From positions 1-30,459 of the forward strand of contig JANPEF010000041.1 in NCBI GenBank assembly GCA_031431875.1: a stretch of 30,459 nucleotides of DNA. Reading direction: 5' to 3'. The position numbers were made by a program, and so were the translations under genes. The notes beneath the pieces were generated by a model. The model saw only the letters and a list, made by a program, of their open reading frames with translations, had not been told where the DNA came from and did no database searches. Shown here one piece after another: positions 9,056 through 18,895 of the stretch. Source of the stretch: Candidatus Eiseniibacteriota bacterium. GTDB lineage: Bacteria; Eisenbacteria; RBG-16-71-46; DASYSL01. How positions within the stretch are numbered: the stretch's first letter is position 1; every line of letters begins with the position of its first letter.

Positions 9056-9870
9056 GCCGCGCGGCCGAAGGGCCCGACGTCCCGGCCGCGTGGCTCGACG
9101 ACGCCGTGGCCATCGCCCGCGACGCCGGCGCCCTGCTGCGCGACGGCTTCGGCAGGGGCGGCGCCATCGAGCTCAAGGGCGCGATCGACCTGGTCACCGC
9201 CTACGATCGCGCCAGCGAGGCGCTCATCCTCGAGGCGCTCGCGCGCCGCTTCCCGGGGCACGCCGTGCTCGCCGAAGAGTCCGGTGCGACGACCGGCGGT
9301 GGATCGCCGTACCGCTGGGTGGTCGATCCCCTGGACGGCACGACGAACTTCGCGCACGGTCTTCCGTTCTTCTGCGTGTCGATCGGGCTCGAGGCCCACG
9401 GCCGTCGCGCGCTCGGCGTGCTCTACGACCCGATGCGCGACGAGTGCTTCGCCGCGCGCGCCGGGGCGGGCGCCACGCTCAACGGCGCGCCGATCGCGGT
9501 CAGCCCGGCGCGCACGCTCGAGAGCGCGCTCGGCGGCACGGGGTTTCCCTACGACGTGATGGATCACCCCGAGGAGACGCTGCGCTGGTTTGCGCCGCTG
9601 TTGCCCCGCCTGCGCGGCGTGCGCCGGCTGGGCTCGGCGGCGCTCGACCTCGCCTACGTCGCGTGCGGCCGGCTCGACCTGTTCTGGGAGGCGAAGCTGC
9701 ACGCGTGGGACGTCGCGGCCGGGATCCTCATCGTCGAGGAGGCGGGCGGGCGCGTCACGGATTTCGCCGGTGCTCCCGTCGGCACGGACCCGGTGCAGAC
9801 TGCCGCCTCGAACGGCCACGTGCACGACGCGCTGCTGGCCGTACTCGCGGATGCCGCGCTGTCCCCTTAA
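9052..9870 (+). CDS. suhB: Inositol monophosphatase family protein (SuhB-like)
   Basis: DLVT, LAEE, WVVDPLDGTTNF, GSAALDLAYVACGRLD, WDVAAG motifs. The TTG start overlapping the helicase stop (TTGA) is inferred. Confidence 0.88.
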   Translation: MSRAAEGPDVPAAWLDDAVAIARDAGALLRDGFGRGGAIELKGAIDLVTAYDRASEALILEALARRFPGHAVLAEESGATTGGGSPYRWVVDPLDGTTNFAHGLPFFCVSIGLEAHGRRALGVLYDPMRDECFAARAGAGATLNGAPIAVSPARTLESALGGTGFPYDVMDHPEETLRWFAPLLPRLRGVRRLGSAALDLAYVACGRLDLFWEAKLHAWDVAAGILIVEEAGGRVTDFAGAPVGTDPVQTAASNGHVHDALLAVLADAALSP

Positions 9871-11957
9871 CGCACCAGCTCGAAGTCGAGCCCGCGCACC
9901 GTGCGGAAGCCGGTGAGCGAATCGACGACGGCGACCTCGATGCGGTACGGTCCCGGTGCCTGTTCCGCCAGGTTCGCAGTCACGTACTGGAAGCGCGCGC
10001 GCCCCTCGACGGCATCGCTGCGCTCGACGCTCACGATCGGATCATTGCGCCGCGGGTTCACCGCCTTGAGGAAGAACGGACGGCCGTCCTTGCGCGTCGA
10101 GCGGACCTCGTACTCGAACGAAAAGCGCGATCTCCCGGCCGCGTCGGTCACCAGGTTGTAGATCTCGAAGTAGACGCCGAACGGCTGGTCGCGCGACACG
10201 CGACGCTGGGGATCGGGCACGATGGTGCCGTCGAGCTTGGCGAAAGGATCGTCGGGAGGACCCTCGCCGCGCGCACAGGCAAGTTCCAGGTCCGACAACT
10301 CGATCCGGCCCGGAACGTTCGGCGGCACGCGCACCTGCAGGCGCCACGTGCCGGCGGCGCCGCGGATCGAGTCGTTGGCCGCGATGCCGACGACAAAGTC
10401 TCCCGCCGGCAGGTCGAAGTTGAACTGCGCCACCTGCACCGAGTCACTGCGGCACCACGCGTAGCGCTTGGTGTGCGCCCGCGCCACCTCCTCGAACGTC
10501 ACATCGCGCAGCACGACAGCATCCAGGGACAACAGGTTCGCCGCCTCGCCGCCGAGCACCGCGACGTACAGCTCGAGCCGACCCTGCGGCCCGACGCCGC
10601 CGCCCATGAGCATCGCGGGCGCCGTCGAGGTTCGCGGATCGAAGCCCGCGACGCGGCGAAACAGCGCTGCCTGAACGACGCCCTCGAGCCGGATGCGATT
10701 GGGCAGCACGGTGCGGAACGTACCGCGCCCGGCGGTGGTCGTGCTGCCCTCGGCAATGCGCCGATCGAGGGAATCCGGCCGCGGCGAGAAGTCGATCTCC
10801 GACTCCTGCGACCACGGCACGTCGTAGCGCTGGTTCAGGTACTGCTCCTCGAACAGCACGCCGAAGCCGAGTGCGCGGTAGTGCCAGATCAGCCGGTTCA
10901 TCGTCATCGGCTGGTAGGACAGCGGGCCGGCCGTCGTGTTCGGCGGGTTGTAGTCGGTCGAGTCGGGCGGCCCGTAGCGCACGAAGAAGTTGCCGCGAAC
11001 GTCCCACGAGCGGAACTTCGCGTCGTAGAACAGGAAGTAGGCGAGCGCGCCGCGCGACAGGAACTCGAGCTGGAGCTCGTTCCACGACGTCGTCAGGTCG
11101 GGGTCGCGACTCTTCCAGAACGTGGCGAGGAAGCGACTGCGTGCGCCGGAGTCAGTGAGCCGTCCGTAGGCAGCCGTGTCTTCGACCGTCGCCGCCGGCG
11201 TGATGTCGAGCATGTGGTCGCGGATCGGGCCGGCGAGCAGCGGCAACGCGGCGCGAAACGCCGAGTCGGCGGCGGCGGGCCACCCCAGCCCGTACGAGCC
11301 CGCTCCCTCGAGCAGGTACGCCTCGCCGCGCTGCAGCGTCGTGAGCGAACGGGGCTTGCTGCGCACCTCGCGTCCGGCCGCGACCGCGCCGGCGACGTCG
11401 CCGTCGAGCAGGGCGAGCACGCCGAGGCCGAGCCACGGTTCCGGTTCGGTGGGCCCACGTCGTGCCGCGTCCTGCCAGTAACGACGCGCGGCCTCGAGCG
11501 AACCGGGGCGCTGAAACTTGAGCCAGTCGCGCAGCGCGAGCCGGCCGAGCCGGGTGTAGGCGGGGCCGCTCGCGGCGTCGTTGGCCAGTGCGGCGCGCAA
11601 CTGGCGGCGCGCCAGCGTAAGGTAGTTCTGTCGGGTGTAGAGGTCGGCGAGCGCGATGCGGAGGTCGATGTCCTGCGGCGACAGGTTGACGGCGTGCTCG
11701 AGGACGCGCCGGGCGCGAATCCGGTCCTCGACGGTGTCGCGGGCCATGAGCGCGAGCCCGTACGCCCGCCACCCGACGGGGTCCGTCGGAGCGGCCCGGG
11801 CGGCCCGGCGGAGGACCTCGACGTCATCCGCGCGCGGTCGGGGCGGCGACAGCGCCACCTGGGCGACCGCAGCCCCCCGATCGGCCGGCAGCGCGACGGC
11901 GAGCGGGCCCAGCGCAAGGAGGAACACGAGCAGGAGGCGGCGTGCGCGGACGATCAC
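9867..11957 (-). CDS. Exported TPR-repeat protein with GWxTD-type domain and C-terminal beta-sandwich
   Basis: GTG start, signal peptide (RRLLLVFLLALGPLAVA), TPR-like helices, FWKSRDPDLTTSWNE…R…SWDVRGNFFVRYGPPD; C-terminal IELSDL…GVYFEIYNL…PGPYRIEVAVVD. Confidence 0.75.
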   Translation of the reverse strand: MIVRARRLLLVFLLALGPLAVALPADRGAAVAQVALSPPRPRADDVEVLRRAARAAPTDPVGWRAYGLALMARDTVEDRIRARRVLEHAVNLSPQDIDLRIALADLYTRQNYLTLARRQLRAALANDAASGPAYTRLGRLALRDWLKFQRPGSLEAARRYWQDAARRGPTEPEPWLGLGVLALLDGDVAGAVAAGREVRSKPRSLTTLQRGEAYLLEGAGSYGLGWPAAADSAFRAALPLLAGPIRDHMLDITPAATVEDTAAYGRLTDSGARSRFLATFWKSRDPDLTTSWNELQLEFLSRGALAYFLFYDAKFRSWDVRGNFFVRYGPPDSTDYNPPNTTAGPLSYQPMTMNRLIWHYRALGFGVLFEEQYLNQRYDVPWSQESEIDFSPRPDSLDRRIAEGSTTTAGRGTFRTVLPNRIRLEGVVQAALFRRVAGFDPRTSTAPAMLMGGGVGPQGRLELYVAVLGGEAANLLSLDAVVLRDVTFEEVARAHTKRYAWCRSDSVQVAQFNFDLPAGDFVVGIAANDSIRGAAGTWRLQVRVPPNVPGRIELSDLELACARGEGPPDDPFAKLDGTIVPDPQRRVSRDQPFGVYFEIYNLVTDAAGRSRFSFEYEVRSTRKDGRPFFLKAVNPRRNDPIVSVERSDAVEGRARFQYVTANLAEQAPGPYRIEVAVVDSLTGFRTVRGLDFELVR

Positions 11958-11964
11958 GCCCGGG

Positions 11965-11993
11965 AGTATGGAGGGCGCCCGGGGGCCGGTCAA
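11965..11993 (-). promoter_or_regulatory. Sigma70-type promoter, leaderless type, for the GWxTD gene
   Basis: Minus strand TTGACC-N17-CATACT-N7-GTG(11957). Confidence 0.6.
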
Positions 11994-12000
11994 ATGAGGC

Positions 12001-12030
12001 TTGGCGCGCCGGCACCCGCCCCGGTACAGT
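12001..12030 (+). promoter_or_regulatory. Sigma70-type promoter for the small basic protein
   Basis: TTGGCG(12001-12006)-N18-TACAGT(12025-12030), divergent from the GWxTD promoter. Confidence 0.5.
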
Positions 12031-12104
12031 GCGCGGGACCCGGTGTCCCGAATTGTCGTCCGTCCGGTGACCGCCCCAGGCGGCTGCCCCACGAGGAGAG
12101 CCTG

Positions 12105-12212
12105 ATGACCGCGTACAAGATGCGGCTCCGCCGCAAGAAGGCGAAGCAGACGCAGAAGAAGCTGAAGGACAAGGCCAAGGCCCGCAAGAAGGCTGGCCAG
12201 AAGCGCCGCTAG
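12105..12212 (+). CDS. 35-aa Lys/Arg-rich small protein (MTAYKMRLRRKKAKQTQKKLKDKAKARKKAGQKRR)
   Basis: SD GAGGAG upstream, candidate promoter, all 12 Lys codons are AAG, and it fills an otherwise empty intergenic gap. Confidence 0.7.
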   Translation: MTAYKMRLRRKKAKQTQKKLKDKAKARKKAGQKRR

Positions 12213-12685
12213 ACCCCCGGAGGCGCGTCGCGGGCGATTCGCTCGTTCCCCGACGTCGCCCAGGCGGCCAGCCCCAGGATCAGCGCACCCCGGGCCGCCT
12301 CGGTCGCCAGCGACGAGAGCTGGCCCCCCGGCCCCGCCATCAACAATCCCGCCAGCACCAGCGCCGCGCCGACCAGGCGCGCCAGCGCGAATCCCTCGGC
12401 GCATTCCTGCCGGACCCACCATGCCGCGACCAGTTGGGTTGCCCCGAGTGCAACGAGCGCCGTTCCGAGGTTTGCCCACAGCTGGCGCAACGCGTCGTCG
12501 GCGAGCCCGTGCCGCGCGGCCCGGCCGACCACGCTCCAATCCGGGATCGCCCCCGCCATGAAAGCGCTCACGCCTCGCCAGTCGAACACCGCCCACAGGC
12601 CGCCGAGCGCGTCGCCGAGCCCCGAGGCCGCCAGCACGAGCGCGAGCAGCGAGCTCCGCCGCAGCCCCGCGGGGGCGGCGCTCAC
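12209..12685 (-). CDS. Hypothetical integral membrane protein (about 4 TM)
   Basis: Hydrophobic segments; GTGA overlap with the upstream gene; the stop overlaps the convergent small ORF stop (CTAG). Confidence 0.7.
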   Translation of the reverse strand: MSAAPAGLRRSSLLALVLAASGLGDALGGLWAVFDWRGVSAFMAGAIPDWSVVGRAARHGLADDALRQLWANLGTALVALGATQLVAAWWVRQECAEGFALARLVGAALVLAGLLMAGPGGQLSSLATEAARGALILGLAAWATSGNERIARDAPPGV

Positions 12686-13137
12686 GGCCGGCGTGCGAGA
12701 ACGATGCGATCGAAGCGCGTCGGCGCCTCGCTGCGCACCGCGAAGGTGACCGTCGCCGGTGCGGTGAGCTCATAGAACGAGAGGATCATGCGGGCCCGCG
12801 GCGGGCGCGACAGCGGGATCTCCTGGATGCGATCGGGCGCGCCGTAGATCGCGAGCGCGCGCTCCGGCGCGTCGTCGACGCTCAAGCCGCCGGGCAGCGC
12901 ACCGATGAACTTCGCGCCGCCCTCGTCGGCCGTGCCGGTGAGAAACGACACCGAGACGATCGTGCCCTCCTCGGCGACCAGCCACACGCCGCGGTCGGGA
13001 TACTGGAAGCCGATGGGACGCTCGTCCTTCATCAGGACGCGCGCGGCGGGGCCGAGTCGGCGCTCGACCTCCTCGACCGGCAGGCCCAGCGGAACGGGCG
13101 AGAGTTCGAGAAAGCCCTCGATCGGGCGGGCGGACAC
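12682..13137 (-). CDS. Hypothetical protein with two internal BLIP/SmpA-OmlA-like repeats
   Basis: 151 aa, 7 nt downstream of yqeY, GAGG upstream; LGLPVEEVERRLGP and GLSVDDAPERALAIYGAPD. Confidence 0.65.
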   Translation of the reverse strand: MSARPIEGFLELSPVPLGLPVEEVERRLGPAARVLMKDERPIGFQYPDRGVWLVAEEGTIVSVSFLTGTADEGGAKFIGALPGGLSVDDAPERALAIYGAPDRIQEIPLSRPPRARMILSFYELTAPATVTFAVRSEAPTRFDRIVLARRP

Positions 13138-13144
13138 GCGGGCC

Positions 13145-13597
13145 TCAGGCGCCGAGAGCGCGGCGCAGGAACTCCTGCACGCGCTTTCCGTCGGCCCGAC
13201 CCTTGACCTGCTCCATGACGATCTTCATCACGGCGCCGGCCTGCTTCATGTCGGTCGCACCCGTCTGCGCCACGGCCGCGGCGACCAGCGCCGCCAGCTC
13301 GTCGTCGGGGGCTTCGGCCGGCAGGTAGACCTGAGCGATCACCAGCTCCTTCTCGGCCTGGCCGGCCAGGTCCTCGCGGCCGGCGACGCGCGCCGCCTCG
13401 ATCGACTCCTTGAGGCGCTTGGCGTGGCCGCGCACCAGACCGACGACGACCTCGTCCAGAACCTCGGTCACGCCGGTGCCCTTCTTCTTCTCCAGCAGGA
13501 TCTGGCTGCGGATCATGCGGATCACGGAGAGCTTGAGCTCGTCCTTGGCCCGCATGGCGTCCTTCATGTCGTCGGTGAGGCGTTGCTCGAGTGTCAT
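13145..13597 (-). CDS. yqeY: GatB/YqeY domain protein
   Basis: MTLEQRLTDDMKDAMRAKD…GREDLA…YLP…GAVMKIVM…GRADGKRV; SD GGAGG. Confidence 0.92.
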   Translation of the reverse strand: MTLEQRLTDDMKDAMRAKDELKLSVIRMIRSQILLEKKKGTGVTEVLDEVVVGLVRGHAKRLKESIEAARVAGREDLAGQAEKELVIAQVYLPAEAPDDELAALVAAAVAQTGATDMKQAGAVMKIVMEQVKGRADGKRVQEFLRRALGA

Positions 13598-13632
13598 GGT
13601 GCGCCTCCAGGGAACGCCAGCTTCAACCGAAC

Positions 13633-13708
13633 GGGGACCGGCCGCGTGCGCGTCCGGTCCCCGGAGAAATCCCCCCTCCCGGGCGCGCTTCGCGCGCCCG
13701 TTCGGGAG
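13633..13708 (-). terminator. Two tandem GC-rich hairpins downstream of the pyrophosphatase gene (terminator or processing/stability element)
   Basis: Minus CGGGCGCGC-GAA-GCGCGCCCG (13700-13680) and GGGGACCGG…CCGGTCCCC (13662-13633); the U-tract is weak. Confidence 0.45.
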
Positions 13709-13709
13709 C

Positions 13710-16181
<2,472 letters not shown>

Positions 16182-16333
16182 CACGACACTCCTCTGTGGT
16201 GGTCCCGGCTGGGATGGGGATCCGAGGCAGGCGGGGCGCGAGGCCCGCGCCACGTGCGCGGGGCGACCCGCTCAGGGGCGACGTGCGCCCCCGGGGTGGG
16301 ACGATTGTTTCGGCCGTCCCGGATACGGGGGGC

Positions 16334-16363
16334 ACCATAACCGGCCCCGGCGGTCGCTGACAA
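16334..16363 (-). promoter_or_regulatory. Sigma70-type promoter for hppA
   Basis: Minus strand TTGTCA(16363-16358)-N18-TATGGT(16339-16334); implies a ~145-nt 5' UTR. Confidence 0.55.
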
Positions 16364-16439
16364 GCCCGACGGCCAACGGACCAACCGGCCCGTGATTTCC
16401 GGGCTGATTGCGGCCAAACTCGGCAATTTCTCCGGTGCC

Positions 16440-17072
16440 CTAGCCGCGCCCGATCAGGCGCCGCAGCGGGCGCAGCAGTTCCTCCCGGTGCTCGGGGTCG
16501 CGCCAGATGTGGATCACCGCCGGCAGCACGGAGACGATCACGATCAGCCCGACGATCGGCAGCAGGTAGCGGTCCACGTTCGGAATGCGGCTGCCCATCC
16601 AGTAGCCGAGCCACGTCAGGCCGTAGGCCCACAGCGCCCCACCCAGCACGTTGTAGAAGATGAACTTGCGGTAGTCCATGAGGCCGACGCCGGCGACGAT
16701 CGGCGCGAACACGCGCACGACCGGGATGAAGCGCGCGAGCACCAGCGCGCGGGCGCCGTGCTGCTCGTAGAAGGCGTGCGCCTTCTCGAGGTGAACGCGC
16801 TTGAAGAAGCGCGAGTCGGGGCGCTCGAACAGCTTGCGCCCCACGCGGTGGCCGAAGGCGTAGCCCGTGAAGTTGCCCAGAACGGCCGCGACGAAGCAGC
16901 CGTGCGAGAGCCAATGGATGTCGAACACGCCCTGCGAGGCGAGGAAGCCCGCGGTGAACAGCAGGCTGTCGCCCGGCAGGAAGAACCCGATGAGCAGTCC
17001 GGTCTCGGCGAAGACGACGGCGAACACACCCCACAGGCCGATCGTCTTGATCGACTGCTCGAGATCGAACAT
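16440..17072 (-). CDS. dedA: DedA/VTT-domain membrane protein
   Basis: FAETGLLIGFFLPGDSLLFTAG, LARFIPVVRVFAPIVAG; ATG at 17072 with SD GGAGGT. Confidence 0.93.
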   Translation of the reverse strand: MFDLEQSIKTIGLWGVFAVVFAETGLLIGFFLPGDSLLFTAGFLASQGVFDIHWLSHGCFVAAVLGNFTGYAFGHRVGRKLFERPDSRFFKRVHLEKAHAFYEQHGARALVLARFIPVVRVFAPIVAGVGLMDYRKFIFYNVLGGALWAYGLTWLGYWMGSRIPNVDRYLLPIVGLIVIVSVLPAVIHIWRDPEHREELLRPLRRLIGRG

Positions 17073-17199
17073 CAGCGAGGACCTCCGGACCGGAATGGGG
17101 ACGGCGAACGATTCCACGATAGCAGATTCCATGACATGTCCGGCCGGGGGTCGGCTACCGTACGCGAACTCCACCCCGTCCCCTGCTCCGGAGATCGCG

Positions 17200-18531
17200 A
17201 TGACGCCGCCCGCCGCCGCTTCGAACGCCCGTCTTGCCACTGCCAATGCCGCCGCTCGCACCCTCTTTTCGGGCGACGCCGGAGGCCGCCAGGCGGTCCA
17301 CACCGTGTACGGTGGCGCGCACCTGTTCAAGGCCGACACCGCGCAGCGCCTGGGCCGTCTCGCCCTGCGTTCCCTCGACGAGTACGGCCCCGATGCCGCG
17401 ACGTTCGCGCGCGCGATCGACCTGCCCGCCGCGTGGGCCGAACCCGTGTATGCGCGGGTGCGCGAAAAGCTGGGCCGCGAGCCGGTCGAGGACTTCCGCA
17501 TCGACTTCGAGGACGGCTACGGTCATCGCCCCGACGCCGAGGAGGACGGCCACGCCGTCACCGCCGCGCAGGAGATGGCAAAGGGACTTGCCGCGGGCAC
17601 GCTGCCGCCGTTCTCGGGCATCCGCATCAAGACGCTGTCGGACGAGCTCGCGCCGCGCAGCCTGCGCACGCTCGAGCGCTTCCTCACCGCATTGCGCGAG
17701 GCCGCCGGCTCCGCGTGGCCCACCGGCTTCGTCGTCACGCTGCCGAAGCTGGCGCACCCGCAGGCGGTGTCGACGCTGGCCGACGTGCTCGACGGGCTCG
17801 AGGAGCGCCTGGGCCTCGCCCCGGGTGCCGTCCCGATCGAGCTCATGATCGAGACGCCGCAGAGCATCTTCGCCGCCGACGGCACGATCGCGCTGCCCGC
17901 ACTGGTGGCCGCGGGGCGTGGCCGGGTGGGCTCGGCGCACTTCGGCACGTACGACTACACGGCGTCGCTCGACATCACCGCGGCGCACCAGCACATGGCG
18001 CACCCGGCGTGCGACTTCGCCAAGCACGTGATGCAGGTCGCGCTCGCCGGCACGGGCGTGCGCATCTCGGACGGCGCGACCAACGTGCTGCCCGTGCCCC
18101 TCCACCGCGCGTCCGAGGGCGGGCCGGCGATCACGCCGATCGAGGCCGACGAGAACCGACGCGTCGTCCAGGCCGCGTGGAAGCTGCATTCAGGACACGT
18201 GCGCCACTCGCTCGAGGGCGCGTTCTACCAGGGCTGGGACCTGCATCCGGCGCAGCTCCCGACGCGCTACGCGACGGTATACGGCTTCTTCCTCGCAGGG
18301 CTGGACCCGGCCGCGCAACGGCTGTCGAACTTCGTGGGAAAGGCGGCACAGGCGACGCTCGTCGGCGAGGTCTTCGATGATGCAGCGACCGGCCAGGGCC
18401 TGCTCAACTACTTCCTGCGGGCGATCAACTGCGGGGCGATCGACGAGGCCGAGGCGGTGCGCCGCACCGGCCTCACGCTCGAGGACTTCCAGGGACGCTC
18501 GTTCCTGCGCATCCTCGAGCGGCGGCGCTGA
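17200..18531 (+). CDS. Uncharacterised CitE/HpcH/malyl-CoA-lyase-fold TIM-barrel enzyme (DUF6986-like as far as I recall the family)
   Basis: RQAVHTVYGGAHLF, DFRIDFEDG, LPK, MIETP, HFGTYDY, QGWDLHPAQL; ATG at 17200 with GGAG upstream; 443 aa. Confidence 0.8.
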   Translation: MTPPAAASNARLATANAAARTLFSGDAGGRQAVHTVYGGAHLFKADTAQRLGRLALRSLDEYGPDAATFARAIDLPAAWAEPVYARVREKLGREPVEDFRIDFEDGYGHRPDAEEDGHAVTAAQEMAKGLAAGTLPPFSGIRIKTLSDELAPRSLRTLERFLTALREAAGSAWPTGFVVTLPKLAHPQAVSTLADVLDGLEERLGLAPGAVPIELMIETPQSIFAADGTIALPALVAAGRGRVGSAHFGTYDYTASLDITAAHQHMAHPACDFAKHVMQVALAGTGVRISDGATNVLPVPLHRASEGGPAITPIEADENRRVVQAAWKLHSGHVRHSLEGAFYQGWDLHPAQLPTRYATVYGFFLAGLDPAAQRLSNFVGKAAQATLVGEVFDDAATGQGLLNYFLRAINCGAIDEAEAVRRTGLTLEDFQGRSFLRILERRR

Positions 18532-18544
18532 GCGCTGCCGCGCC

Positions 18545-18895
18545 TCAGCTGCCGCGGTACGTCGTGTAACCGAACGGCGCGACGAGCAGCGGGACGTGAT
18601 GGTGTCGCGTCGGCTCATCGACGGTGAACACGATCACGACTTCGGGATGGAAGGCGGCCGCACCCTGCGCCGCGAAGTATGCTCCCGTGGCAAAGGTGAG
18701 ACGGTAGATGCCGCGCGCGAGCCCGGAGCCGGCGGGTAGCAGGGTCTTCACCCGGCCGTCCGCGTCGGTCGTGCCGCTCCCCAGTTCCCGCCAGCCCGCC
18801 TTCTCGCCTGCGTCCGCCCGCGCGAGCACAATGGCAACGCCGGCCGCCGGCAAGCCGCGTGCGGTGTCGAGAACGTGCGTGGTGATCGCGCTCAT
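18545..18895 (-). CDS. uraH: 5-hydroxyisourate hydrolase (transthyretin-like)
   Basis: ITTHVLDTARG, DADGR, HHHVPLL, C-terminal YRGS. Confidence 0.96.
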   Translation of the reverse strand: MSAITTHVLDTARGLPAAGVAIVLARADAGEKAGWRELGSGTTDADGRVKTLLPAGSGLARGIYRLTFATGAYFAAQGAAAFHPEVVIVFTVDEPTRHHHVPLLVAPFGYTTYRGS

